DNA of 64,000 nucleotides from Candidatus Aenigmatarchaeota archaeon (GCA_026414305.1 JAOAJH010000005.1:1612-65611), one strand, 5' to 3'. Counted from the first letter of the stretch, positions 48,688 to 58,900 are shown. Program-made: numbers and translations. Notes: generated by a model not told the origin, from the sequence alone.

Positions 48688-49010
48688 TGCTCAAATATCG
48701 GGAAAAAGCGTATATAGATAATTTGTGCGATATCGAGTAGAAAGCGAATATATGTGTGATTTGCTCAAATAGCGGGAAAATACGTATATGCGTAATTTGC
48801 TCAAAATCAAGCAATAATGCGATAGGATATTCGTTTTTTGCTCAAATAGCGGGAAAATGTGCATATAGATAATTCGATTAAAATCTGAGTAAAAGGCGTA
48901 TATACAGAATTTGCTCAGAATTGAATAGAAAGCGTATATTCGTGATTTGCTCAAATAGCGGGAAAAAGCGTATATATATAATTTCCTCAATTTACGCAAA
49001 AACCCGAATA
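48688..49010. repeat. Array of about 9 degenerate ~37-bp tandem repeats (consensus ATTTGCTCAAATAGCGGGAAAAAGCGTATATAGATA)
   Basis: Four well-conserved copies (48688, 48763, 48839, 48946) alternate with degenerate copies. The region is GC-richer than its surroundings and intergenic. The 156-aa minus-strand ORF 48691-49161 lies over it and is probably spurious. Confidence 0.6.
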
Positions 49011-49057
49011 GCAGATTTATAATCAGTTTAAAAACCTTTTTACCAATAATTTTTTTA

Positions 49058-50080
49058 ATGGCATACAAGTACAAGCCTAAAACGCAAACAAACAAAGCTG
49101 TTTTAATTGGTATTGCTATCACTGCTTTTGTTATTGGATTGCTGCTTTTGCTTCCTGGCAAAGATGAAAGGCCTCTGGAAGTAAGGTTGCAAGAGTATTT
49201 GATGAAAAAAGTTCCTAGGAATGCTACTGTTGCTGTTGAAGGTGTTGATCCTGCTGTACTTGATAAAATTGAAAGGCCGATTGTTTGGCTTGCTAATTAT
49301 ACACCTTCGAAAGAACCGATTGATTTGAATGTCACTATAAGAGGCAGCCATAAATTATGGGTATATTTGGCTGATGGTGAAGATTTGGAATTGAATTTGT
49401 CAAAACAGGACTTGAATTGGTATAATGGAACTGATGTTTTGAGGATTGAAGTTTACAATCCGGATTTGAAGTTGGTTTATAATTATAGCATTGAGGATGA
49501 TGGTATTGATGTTGTTGAAAAGCAGTTTGATCCAAAGATGCTTGGAAAAGAGCAGTTTCATAGGGTTTTTGTAAAGAATAAAGGGCAAGGGGCATATAAA
49601 ATATTGTTGATTTCTCAAGCTAAAGGAGATGATTTTTATATTCATTTAAAGTCGACAATGCAGAATAAGATGGTATTTCAGGATAAAATTTATATTTATC
49701 TCTATGATAATTTTTGGTTTAATTGTTTAAAATATAATTGTAATCTAAATTTTATGACTTATCATAATAGTAGTTTACAAAATTTTAATATAATATGTAC
49801 AAAAAACAATTATACAATAAGTTTAAATCAAACTAACAAAATTTTCAATTTTACCACAAAAAATGATGAAAATAATTGTAAATTTTCTAAAATTGAAAAC
49901 CACAAATCATCAGAAAAACAAAAAACAAGTTTAATTTTTAGTTCAAATAAAATTTCTTTTTTTATATATCAAAATTCATTTTTCTATCCATATTCTATAG
50001 TTAACAAAAATTCTGATTATTTGGTTATTTTTAAAGAAAATAAAATTTTTCAGGTGAAAAATATTGAAAAAAAATATTGA
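49058..50080 (+). CDS. Membrane-anchored protein whose ORF runs across a compositional junction; the C-terminal third is a low-complexity Asn/Lys/Ile tail
   Basis: Residues 1-210 have normal composition (signal/TM, beta-rich). From about nt 49685 the DNA becomes extremely AT-rich and the translation is low-complexity. The real gene probably ended or was truncated near 49685. Confidence 0.4.
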   Translation: MAYKYKPKTQTNKAVLIGIAITAFVIGLLLLLPGKDERPLEVRLQEYLMKKVPRNATVAVEGVDPAVLDKIERPIVWLANYTPSKEPIDLNVTIRGSHKLWVYLADGEDLELNLSKQDLNWYNGTDVLRIEVYNPDLKLVYNYSIEDDGIDVVEKQFDPKMLGKEQFHRVFVKNKGQGAYKILLISQAKGDDFYIHLKSTMQNKMVFQDKIYIYLYDNFWFNCLKYNCNLNFMTYHNSSLQNFNIICTKNNYTISLNQTNKIFNFTTKNDENNCKFSKIENHKSSEKQKTSLIFSSNKISFFIYQNSFFYPYSIVNKNSDYLVIFKENKIFQVKNIEKKY

Positions 50081-51683
50081 ATTTAAAAATGCGGAAAAAA
50101 TTTTTTTATTCATACTTATAATGACAATATCTATATATATTTATTTAATTAATCCTTATAAAAATACAAAATTATTTTTTACACCGGATGAATATTCATT
50201 CTTTTTTTATTCTCAAAAAATATTAAAAAATAATTTCTTTTTGAATGAAAATATTTTAAACAATAAGTATTCAACAACCGCTTTTTCTCCATATTTTTCT
50301 TCATACTCAGACAAAGGCGATTTGTTAAAAGACCATTTTGGTTATGTTATATTCCTTTCATTATTATCATTGTTTATAAAAATAACAAATATACCGGTTA
50401 TTATTACAATATTTAATTTATTTTGTTTTTTTTTAATATCTGTTTCATTTTTGAAGAAAAGTATTTCATTTGTCTCCTTATTAATATTTTCATTATTCCC
50501 AGTATTTTTACATTTTTATCCACTATTATTTTCTGACAACTTAGGTTTGATTTTTTTCTGTCTATGGTTCTACAGCACTAGAAAAATTGAATATTCTAAT
50601 TGGAAAATAATGTCCATAATTTTTTCTTCTTTCCTAACATTAATAAGATATGTAAATGTCATTTTTTTAATTTTTACTATTTTAATTTTAATTTACAAAA
50701 AAAACATTAGAATATTATTGACTATATTTCCATTAATTATTATTTTTATGTTATTTCCAATCATATTAATTAATATTATATACTATGGAAACCCTTTTGT
50801 TTACCCACAATTTGAAAATTCAAAAAGTGTACTAGATATTAACAAATATCCATATAAAAAATATGATATTCAAAGCAATATAAACAAATCCTCTTTTTTA
50901 TCTTATATAAAAGAGTATTTTGACATAAATTCAATATTATTATCATTTAAATATCTAATTTTTTTTAGCCCTCTAGCTCCATTGTCTATAATAGGTATTT
51001 TTTTATTAATAAAAGAGTTATTTATCTTTGGAGATAAAATAACAATATCTATAATGATTCTTCTACTCATTTACATGATTTTTATGTTTAGTATAAAAGA
51101 CATATTTAGAGTTAGTAATGTACCTTCACTACATGACTCTTTATCAAGATACTTAATTCCTGTATTTTCATTTATTATAATCTTGATATCAAAATCATTA
51201 TATTATAAAAAAAATAGTCAATATTTAGTATCGATTTTGATTTTTTTAATAATAACAATATCGATTTTAAATTTATACAATGTAACTATTGAGGATCCGC
51301 TCAATTATATTGTAATAAAAGAAAAAATCATGTACTACCAGAAAATACATGATAAAGTAATTTCTAATACGGAAAATAATTCGATAATTATAACATCTGT
51401 ATGGGAAAAAATAATATATCCAGAAAGAAATGTACTAGTTTATATAAGAATACCAGAAGAAATAAGACTTGATGAAATAAACAGAATTGTCAAAGAGTTA
51501 AAAAATGATTCTTATGATGTATATATTTTAGTTACTAATACTGAACTTAAATATTATAAAGATACTTCTGACAAAAAAATAAAATTTTATGATGTAATTA
51601 ATAATTTAAATGATAAATTCAAAACAGAAATGATTTTATCAGATAATGATTTAGATTTAATAAAAATTGGTGAACTAAAATGA
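50064..51683 (+). CDS. Polytopic GT-C-like membrane glycosyltransferase (ArnT/PMT-like)
   Basis: 539 aa, more than 12 TM. Loop-1 TPDEYSFFF has a DE motif as in ArnT/PMT families. Very low GC. Confidence 0.45.
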   Translation: MKKNIEFKNAEKIFLFILIMTISIYIYLINPYKNTKLFFTPDEYSFFFYSQKILKNNFFLNENILNNKYSTTAFSPYFSSYSDKGDLLKDHFGYVIFLSLLSLFIKITNIPVIITIFNLFCFFLISVSFLKKSISFVSLLIFSLFPVFLHFYPLLFSDNLGLIFFCLWFYSTRKIEYSNWKIMSIIFSSFLTLIRYVNVIFLIFTILILIYKKNIRILLTIFPLIIIFMLFPIILINIIYYGNPFVYPQFENSKSVLDINKYPYKKYDIQSNINKSSFLSYIKEYFDINSILLSFKYLIFFSPLAPLSIIGIFLLIKELFIFGDKITISIMILLLIYMIFMFSIKDIFRVSNVPSLHDSLSRYLIPVFSFIIILISKSLYYKKNSQYLVSILIFLIITISILNLYNVTIEDPLNYIVIKEKIMYYQKIHDKVISNTENNSIIITSVWEKIIYPERNVLVYIRIPEEIRLDEINRIVKELKNDSYDVYILVTNTELKYYKDTSDKKIKFYDVINNLNDKFKTEMILSDNDLDLIKIGELK

Positions 51684-52864
51684 TAATATTAGATTGTGTA
51701 CCTGCAGGTGTCATACCACCAAAGGGGGGTGGGACAAAAAGAATACATAATATAAATTTGTTTCTATCAAAATACTATAAAATATTAATGTTTTCTCACG
51801 GTATTAGAAAGTTTGAATTTAAACTTCCATTGAATTCATGGGTAAAAAAAATAAATTATAATTACTATGAAGTAAGATATATTGATCCATATTTTATAAT
51901 TTCATCTTATCTTTTAAATAAACTTTATAATATTGGTCCGATATTTTCAAGTAACTTTTTATTTATAAACAACCCAAATTTTGTAAAAAATCTAATTAAT
52001 AGTTCTGATATAATAAAAATTGAACATCCATGGCAGTTTAAATATTTTCATAATATGAATAAGAAAAAGGTTCCAATTATTTTAACCTTACACGATATTG
52101 GAATCGAACTAGCTTTACAGACAATTAAAAATGGTTTTCTGAAAAAAAAATTAATTAAAATAATTAGTACAATGGAAGATTTTGCAATAAAAAATGCCGA
52201 CAAAATAATAGTTGTTTCTGAGGATGACAAAAAAAGGTTGAAAGAAATATATGGAACAGAAAATAAAAAAGTAGTTGTTGTTCCAAACGGTGTAAACACG
52301 AAAGAATTTAAATCAACATCAAATAAAGAAGAAATAAAGAAGAAATATGGTATGGAAAATAAAAAAGTAGTTATTTTTTCTGGATGGAAACACATACCAA
52401 ACCTACATGCTGTGAATCAAATAATAAAAATATCAAAAGATTTAAACGAAAAAAATGTTGTTTTTATAATAATTGGAAGTGTTGGTGAATTTTTTAAAAA
52501 AATCAAATCAAATAATATTATATTTACTGGTTATGTTGATAAAGTAGACGATTATTTTGCTATGGCTGACCTGGCATTAAATCCGATGATTTCTGGTACC
52601 GGTACAAATATAAAGATATTGGAATATTTGTCATATGGAATACCTACCATAACTACTAAAAAAGGGTGTCGGGGTTATAACTTAATTAACCGCAAAGAAG
52701 CATTAATATGTGATTTAAAAGAATTTCCTGAAAAAATATCATACTTACTCAACAACGATATTATGAGAAATAAGCTTTCATTTTATGGAAAAAAATTTGC
52801 AAAAAAATATGATTGGAACAATATAGCTAAAATAGAAAAAAAAATATATGATGATATTATATGA
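51680..52864 (+). CDS. GT4 glycosyltransferase
   Basis: GT-B architecture. C-terminal ALNPMISGTGTNIKILEYLSYGIPTI region. 4-nt overlaps with neighbouring genes. Confidence 0.6.
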   Translation: MIILDCVPAGVIPPKGGGTKRIHNINLFLSKYYKILMFSHGIRKFEFKLPLNSWVKKINYNYYEVRYIDPYFIISSYLLNKLYNIGPIFSSNFLFINNPNFVKNLINSSDIIKIEHPWQFKYFHNMNKKKVPIILTLHDIGIELALQTIKNGFLKKKLIKIISTMEDFAIKNADKIIVVSEDDKKRLKEIYGTENKKVVVVPNGVNTKEFKSTSNKEEIKKKYGMENKKVVIFSGWKHIPNLHAVNQIIKISKDLNEKNVVFIIIGSVGEFFKKIKSNNIIFTGYVDKVDDYFAMADLALNPMISGTGTNIKILEYLSYGIPTITTKKGCRGYNLINRKEALICDLKEFPEKISYLLNNDIMRNKLSFYGKKFAKKYDWNNIAKIEKKIYDDII

Positions 52865-54012
52865 AAAAAATAATTTTAATTTCCTTCGAATATTTTCCAT
52901 ACAAAGATGGTGGCTTGTCTAGATATTCTTACGAACTAACAAGAGAATTTTTTAAACTAAAAAATATAAAGTTTAAATTGATTATAGGGTTTCCAAAAAA
53001 TCATAAAAAACCAAAAGAAAATTATATAATTCCCATTGAAGTTGAATTTTATAATAATAAAATTCTTTCATATTTATTTTTTTCATGGAAAGTTTACTTT
53101 AAACTCATCTTTATGAAAAACAAAGAAAATTTTATTATTCATGCACTCAATCCTTGGAGTTATTTCTTTATTCCAAAAATTAAAAAAGTAAAATTTGTAC
53201 TTACAGAACACAATATAATTTCAAAGCAAATTAATATGGCATATGGATCATCAATACTCGATAAAATTTTAAGATATATTTTTTATATTTTTTTCTCTTT
53301 TTGGGAAAGGCATCTTTGCCAAACAGCTGATAAAATAATAGCTGTAAGTAAATCTACTAAAAATGACTTGATGAGATTTTATAATATACCTAATAAAAAA
53401 ATTGAAGTGATTTATAATGGTATTAATTTTAAAAATTTTTCTCCGGTTAAAATAAGATTCAATAAAAAAAGAAGAAATCTTTTATTTGTTGGTAGAATTG
53501 TCCCAAGAAAAGGTTTAGAATATTTGGTTGAAACTATATTCTTAATTAAAAAAGAAATATCTGATATAAAACTTTATATAGTTGGTAAAGGAGAAAATGA
53601 TTATTTAATTAAATTGAAAAAAATGATAAAAAAAATGAATCTCGAAAAAAATATTAAATTTTTGGGTTTTATTGAAGATAAAAAATTAAATAAAGTTTAT
53701 TCTATGACAGATATTTTTGTTTTTCCAAGTTTAGTTGAAGGTTTTGGATTAGTCCTTTTAGAAGCTATGACTAAAGGTAAACCAATAGTTGCCACTAATA
53801 TAGGTGGTGTCAATGAGGTTATTATCAATGGTAGAGATGGTATTTTAGTAGAGCCAAAAAAACCAAAAAAAATGGCTGAAGCAATTATTAAACTAATAAA
53901 TGACGATAAATTATATAATAAATTTTCTCAAAATGCAATAAAAAGTGTAAAAAACTTTTCATGGAAAAAATCAGCAAAAAAAGTTTATGAAATATATAAT
54001 CATTTAAGTTAA
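52861..54012 (+). CDS. GT4 glycosyltransferase
   Basis: FPSLVEGFGLVLLEAMTKGKPIVATNIGG (E-x7-E motif). Confidence 0.7.
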   Translation: MKKIILISFEYFPYKDGGLSRYSYELTREFFKLKNIKFKLIIGFPKNHKKPKENYIIPIEVEFYNNKILSYLFFSWKVYFKLIFMKNKENFIIHALNPWSYFFIPKIKKVKFVLTEHNIISKQINMAYGSSILDKILRYIFYIFFSFWERHLCQTADKIIAVSKSTKNDLMRFYNIPNKKIEVIYNGINFKNFSPVKIRFNKKRRNLLFVGRIVPRKGLEYLVETIFLIKKEISDIKLYIVGKGENDYLIKLKKMIKKMNLEKNIKFLGFIEDKKLNKVYSMTDIFVFPSLVEGFGLVLLEAMTKGKPIVATNIGGVNEVIINGRDGILVEPKKPKKMAEAIIKLINDDKLYNKFSQNAIKSVKNFSWKKSAKKVYEIYNHLS

Positions 54013-55224
54013 AATAAGATTTATATAATTTTTGGATATTTTTTTCAAGCTAAATTTATTTGAATATATAAAATTATTTGTCTGAATTTTATAAATATTT
54101 CTTTTTGAATTAATTACATTCAAAATGGTTCTATTTAACTTTTCAATATCTTTACTTTTAATTAAAAGACCACTTTTTCCATTGTTTATTATATCAGAAA
54201 CCCCACCAACATCACTAGCAACTATGGGTAAACCAGCAGCCATACCTTCCATAATAACAACGGGCATACCTTCAGTATCACCAGTTTCATCAACTATAGA
54301 AGGAACAACCAGAATATCAGCAAGATTAAAAAATTCCACTTTCTTTCTACCAACAATATAACCAGTAAACAAAACATTTTTCTCTATTCCTAGTTTTTTT
54401 GTGAGATCAATCATTTCACCCATTAAAGGACCGCTACCACAAACAATCAGACCTACGTCCTTTCTTTCCTCTATTATTTTCGGCATTGCTTCAAGTAAAT
54501 ACCTTAATCCTTTCTTTTCAGCAATTCTTCCAACAAAAAGTAATACATGTTCCCAAGTTATATTATGTTTTTTTCTCAATTCTTTCTTACTTTGTTTTAA
54601 TCTAAATTGCTCAACATTTACCCCCATAGGAATTATAGAAATTTTTTTCTCAATCTCGTTATCATAAAAGATTTTCAAAAAGCGGTTTTTTACAAAGGTA
54701 CTAACAAAAGTTATATTATCTGAATTTTTAACACAAAATTCGGCAATTTTTGATTTGAAAGGTAATTTATCAAGACCTGACAATCCAGCAGCATGTTCAG
54801 TCATAATATGTTTAATATTAAACAATTTCTTGCAAACAGCTCCAACAAAACCAGACGGAATAATCCAGTGAGAATGAATAACATCTATTTTTTCTTTTTT
54901 AACTAATTTGATAGCATATATTAATTCAGCCAATACCAAAAAAGGAACTTGTATCTTTGCCAAAAAACTTCTTTTTAAATTACCCATTATGCCTCCTTCA
55001 TAACACAATCTTTGAAGTTTTTCTGGCAAAAAATAGCTAAATCTGTATACTTTCATACCGTCCATTATTTCAAATTTTTTTGCTCCATAATGATGTGGAG
55101 CTAAAACCACAATATCTACATGTTTGTTTAACTCTTTAGAAAGATCATAAACAAAAGCAGGCGTAGAATCATCCTTCCATCTAGGAAAAGTAGTCGTTAA
55201 AACCAAAACTTTTTTTCTTTTCAT
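54004..55224 (-). CDS. GT4 glycosyltransferase
   Basis: VPSIVDETGDTEGMPVVIMEGMAAGLPIVASDVGG. Confidence 0.7.
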   Translation of the reverse strand: MKRKKVLVLTTTFPRWKDDSTPAFVYDLSKELNKHVDIVVLAPHHYGAKKFEIMDGMKVYRFSYFLPEKLQRLCYEGGIMGNLKRSFLAKIQVPFLVLAELIYAIKLVKKEKIDVIHSHWIIPSGFVGAVCKKLFNIKHIMTEHAAGLSGLDKLPFKSKIAEFCVKNSDNITFVSTFVKNRFLKIFYDNEIEKKISIIPMGVNVEQFRLKQSKKELRKKHNITWEHVLLFVGRIAEKKGLRYLLEAMPKIIEERKDVGLIVCGSGPLMGEMIDLTKKLGIEKNVLFTGYIVGRKKVEFFNLADILVVPSIVDETGDTEGMPVVIMEGMAAGLPIVASDVGGVSDIINNGKSGLLIKSKDIEKLNRTILNVINSKRNIYKIQTNNFIYSNKFSLKKISKNYINLILT

Positions 55225-55285
55225 TCATTCTCTAACAAAAAAACCTTTCTTAAACTTTAAATCTCTTTCTATCAGACATTAATTA

Positions 55286-55660
55286 ATGGAAATCCCCCAA
55301 ACAATCAAAGAATCAGTCATCCAATCATTCAATTACTTGCTAATCCTATTCCTGCTATTCTTGCTAATAGAGGAAATATGGCCAAACACTCTAAAAAGAT
55401 ATATAAATCCAGATTATTTCATGATAGCAGTAATAGCAGTGGGCATACCTGCTGTTTTATGGCATGAAGACAAGCCAAAGCCAAAGGAAGAGATAACAAA
55501 AAAGGATTATCTGCTCATAGCATTGCTAAGCATAGCAGGCTTTGGAATTCTGTATTACAAGCTGAAAGCATTCCCATTAGGCATCTTCATCTCAATAATA
55601 GGCGGCATACTCATCTTCCTGCTGAGCTATCTTGTTTTGACAGAAGATGATCAAGATTAA
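55286..55660 (+). CDS. Small hypothetical membrane protein (3 TM)
   Basis: Hydrophobic segments and an acidic C-terminus. Confidence 0.35.
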   Translation: MEIPQTIKESVIQSFNYLLILFLLFLLIEEIWPNTLKRYINPDYFMIAVIAVGIPAVLWHEDKPKPKEEITKKDYLLIALLSIAGFGILYYKLKAFPLGIFISIIGGILIFLLSYLVLTEDDQD

Positions 55661-55699
55661 TACAAATCATTATAAATCACTTTTTCTCAAAATTGTTTT

Positions 55700-56026
55700 A
55701 TGGAAATATTTCTAGTTGAATCATTAAAAGAAAAGCTATCAAAACCTAGATTTAAACCTCACTATCAAACCATAAAATCCTTAATAAGAAAGCTAAAAGA
55801 GCAAGGCAAAAATTCGCTAAAATTCCTTGACATTCAAGATCAATATATTTTAGGTGAAATGAAAGTTAAAGAACCGCCCTACAGGCTTTATGTAATCTTG
55901 AACCAAAAAGTTGACGCATATTATATAGTTGATTGGTCTCACAAAGATGAGCAAGCAAGAACAATAAAAAGTTTAAAGGAAAAACTAAAAGAGGCTATAT
56001 CCATAGGAATAGAAAATATATTCTAA
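55700..56026 (+). CDS. Small hypothetical protein, weak resemblance to RelE/ParE-type toxins
   Basis: PYRLYVILNQKVDAYYIVDWSHKDE loosely resembles the YRiiYrv...vyilrighR region. No obvious antitoxin partner. Confidence 0.25.
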   Translation: MEIFLVESLKEKLSKPRFKPHYQTIKSLIRKLKEQGKNSLKFLDIQDQYILGEMKVKEPPYRLYVILNQKVDAYYIVDWSHKDEQARTIKSLKEKLKEAISIGIENIF

Positions 56027-56316
56027 CATTTATCTAAAAAATCTTCAATTTCTTTGTTTTTAAGCGCTTTTTTCCTTCCTTTTTCTATTTCGTTTATTTC
56101 TGGAAGATATTTCAAAAAAACGAATTTATAGTACATTTTTTTGGCAAGATCGTCTGCCATAGATTCTATAATTTTTTCAGTTTTTAATTCAGCATTCATG
56201 TTTCTGCTCATTTAAATACACCGACCAAACTTGTATATTAAATTATTTGGGTAATCTTTATAAAATATACTACACTTTGAATAAGATATAAAATAAATTA
56301 TATATGTTACAATATA

Positions 56317-57258
56317 CTATTTAGATCTCTTTCTCAGCATATAAATTATCTCTTCCTGCAAATCCCTTTGAGTCCTTAACATGTCAGCAAGCAAGCCAAA
56401 AGTGAAGACTATCACTCCTGTAATGAAAAACATTGCAGAAAGCAAGCCTCTTCCAGTATATCCTGTGAACATGCCAGTAGCAAAGTAATGCTGCAGGACA
56501 GGAATAGCAACCAATGCAGAGAGCAAGAAGAACGCAAAAGATATTGGCAAAAACACTTTCAGAGGATCATAATCTCTCATACTTCTTATCATCGTCAAAC
56601 CAGCCATCCTAGCATACTTGAATATATTTGCTATAAGCCTTGACTTGCCTTCTCTTTTCCTAAACTCAACAGGCACTTGCTCTATGACCAAGCCCTTGTG
56701 CTTTGCCTGTATTAATGTTTCCTGAACATATGTGTACCTGCCAAACAAATTCAATTTCATCACAGCATCGCTGCTAAGCGCTCTAAAACCAGTTTGCGCA
56801 TCTTTTATCGGCAATCCAGACATCAACCGAGTGAAAAAAGTTGCAATCTTGTTGCCTATTTTTTTCTGCAAAGGCATGTGATCAAGCTTGTCAATGTCTC
56901 TCCATCCCAAAACAATGTCTGCATTTCCATCAATTATCGGCTTTACAAGCTTTGCTATTTCTTTTGCATTATACTGACCATCAGCGTCTATGTTCACTAC
57001 AATATCAGCATCCATGTCCAAAGCTTCATTCAATCCTTTTTTGAAAGAAATTCCCAAACCCATGTTTTTTCTGTTTGAAACAATCCTGTCAGCACCTGCC
57101 TTTCTAGCAACCTCAACAGTCTTGTCGCTAGATCCATCATTAATTACAAGAATTTCGACTTTGCTTATGCCTTCAATCTTTCTTGGTATTTCTTTGATTA
57201 CGCTTGCTATTGTCTTCTCTTCGTTATATGCTGGAATCATTACAACTAGCTTTGTCAT
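56317..57258 (-). CDS. GT2 polyprenol-phosphate hexose synthase-like glycosyltransferase with C-terminal TM helices (AglD/AglJ/DPM1-like)
   Basis: MIPAYNEE...VINDGSSDKT...DADGQ...DAQTGFR. Two C-terminal TM segments. Confidence 0.7.
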   Translation of the reverse strand: MTKLVVMIPAYNEEKTIASVIKEIPRKIEGISKVEILVINDGSSDKTVEVARKAGADRIVSNRKNMGLGISFKKGLNEALDMDADIVVNIDADGQYNAKEIAKLVKPIIDGNADIVLGWRDIDKLDHMPLQKKIGNKIATFFTRLMSGLPIKDAQTGFRALSSDAVMKLNLFGRYTYVQETLIQAKHKGLVIEQVPVEFRKREGKSRLIANIFKYARMAGLTMIRSMRDYDPLKVFLPISFAFFLLSALVAIPVLQHYFATGMFTGYTGRGLLSAMFFITGVIVFTFGLLADMLRTQRDLQEEIIYMLRKRSK

Positions 57259-57465
57259 ATAATCCTTACTTTGATAATAAGAATAAAGTTTAAAAATATT
57301 AAAGTTGGCCTATGTTCATTTTTTACCAAAATAGCAGCAAAAATACGAATATATTGGTTAATCTTTATAATTCGCTTTTTTCTCTAAACATAAGTAAAAT
57401 ACGGATATAATTAAACACAAAACATTTATGATAAATTTAAAACATGTTTTTATAAAATATATAAA

Positions 57466-58361
57466 GTGGTTGAGCAAACTCTGGCTTTTGTAGCAGGCAT
57501 AATAATAGGAATTTTGGTTTTTGCCTTGGCTTATCGTCTTTTGAGTGTTTCAATAAACCAAGCCTAAAATCAGGCAGCAATACAGAATTTTAACAAGCTT
57601 TACTCGCAAGTTCAGGCAGTGTGCAAACAGGAGACTGGCAGCAAGATGACAGTAAAGCTTCAGATACCTGTGACAATAAGAGCAGTGTATTTCAGTGACG
57701 ATAATGTGAATCCACTGCCGACTGTTGTTGATTTGATATAGACGGACTCACAAAGCAAAGGAAGCTATCTTTGCATGCAATTCAAAAAAGAGCAGGAATT
57801 GAGGTGCGAAAAGGTAAGTTGCAACGGCCAGATGCCTTATATAGGTGCATTAGAAGATTACAATGATTTGCAATTAGCAGTGAGCAAAATTCTAGGGAAA
57901 AGCATAATAAAACATTATTACCTTTCTATTAAAAAAGACCTTAATAGCAATGTTGACATAAAAATTACGACAGCTTCATCCACGACAACGACAACCGTCA
58001 CAACCGTCACAACTACACAAACAACCACGACAAGGACATTAATTACAACGACTCATGCTACAACGACAACATATCAAAAAATAAACTCCAAAGTTTTATT
58101 GATTATTTACAATCCGATAATAGAGTCTCAAAATAGCGAGAAATTAACTAACGTTATGAAATGGAACGATCCTATACATTTAACTGACTTGTTTATTCAA
58201 AGGATCAAAGAGTCAAGCCATGATATTGTCCATTATGATATTGTAGAAACAATAGAAATTGATGAAATACCAGTGAAATTAGATGGTTTCAAATATACCG
58301 ATGAAGAATATATCAATTGTGCGACAAATAACGCTAATTGCCACTTTCCAGATGGCGTAGA
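57466..58361 (+). pseudogene. Decayed Thr-rich surface-protein gene: hydrophobic N-terminus, two in-frame stops (TAA 57565, TAG 57739), poly-Thr linker, 3' region occupied by IS200 tnpA
   Basis: Frame 1 reads VVEQTLAFVAGIIIGILVFALAYRLL..-TAA-..60 codons..-TAG-..MQFKKEQ...TTASSTTTTTVTTVTTTQTTTTRT (track ORF 57775-58572). It lacks the C-terminal Cys modules of its paralog 59668-60939. Confidence 0.35.
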
Positions 58362-58900
58362 CTATATGTCAATGACATCCTCTGCGGACTTTAGTCCGCA
58401 GTTTCCTACTGATTTAGTAAAAACATCTAATTGCAATTGCTGTTCACGAACATATTTCCTAGCAACTTCTATTGTTATCCGACCAATAGTATCCTTGAAA
58501 TTTCCCTTTGACCAAAAACTTCCTCTAGGATATCTTAATCTGAAATTTTGTATTAGTCTGAATAACTCATAAGATGATGCTCCTTTTAGCAATTGAACAG
58601 CTTTAGATTGAGACATGTATGGCGGCAACTGAGCTATGACATGCACATGATCTTCCATCACAGCTAACTCTAATATCTGTATGTGATGTTTTCTGGCTAC
58701 CATATACAAAATATCTTTGCAATATTCTCTCAGTCTTTCTTTTCTAAACATTTTGTATCTATATTTAGTGCACCATTCAAGATGGTGGATATTATTGCCA
58801 ATGCTATGGCTAAAGCTATTGAATTGTTGCTCCATAAAAACACCTCGTAAAGCTTTAAGTAAACAGAACTCCATAGCTAAAGCTAGATATTTATCGATTT
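58340..58900 (-). mobile_element. IS200-type insertion sequence (tnpA only); boundaries approximate
   Basis: Solo tnpA with no tnpB. Partly repeated GGCTAAAGCTA motifs sit at 58804 and 58876 near the tnpA 5' end. The ends were not mapped. Confidence 0.4.
58362..58874 (-). CDS. tnpA: IS200/IS605-family Y1 (HuH) transposase TnpA
   Basis: HLEWCTKYRYKMF matches H.vWcpKYRR. HuH motif EDHVHVIAQLPP. LLKGASSYEL, FWSKGNF...TIG and C-terminal KYVREQQ carrying the catalytic Tyr. The likely true start is the internal Met at 58835. Confidence 0.8.
   Translation of the reverse strand: MEFCLLKALRGVFMEQQFNSFSHSIGNNIHHLEWCTKYRYKMFRKERLREYCKDILYMVARKHHIQILELAVMEDHVHVIAQLPPYMSQSKAVQLLKGASSYELFRLIQNFRLRYPRGSFWSKGNFKDTIGRITIEVARKYVREQQLQLDVFTKSVGNCGLKSAEDVIDI

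Noticed and set aside
48688-49010. Possible CRISPR array
   Set aside because: Repeats are contiguous and degenerate, with no unique spacers of regular length, and there are no cas genes in the window.
57590-57760. tRNA or other structured RNA in the GC-richer block upstream of 57775
   Set aside because: No T-loop or acceptor features were recognisable. The block is better explained as the decayed 5' coding region of the Thr-rich gene.
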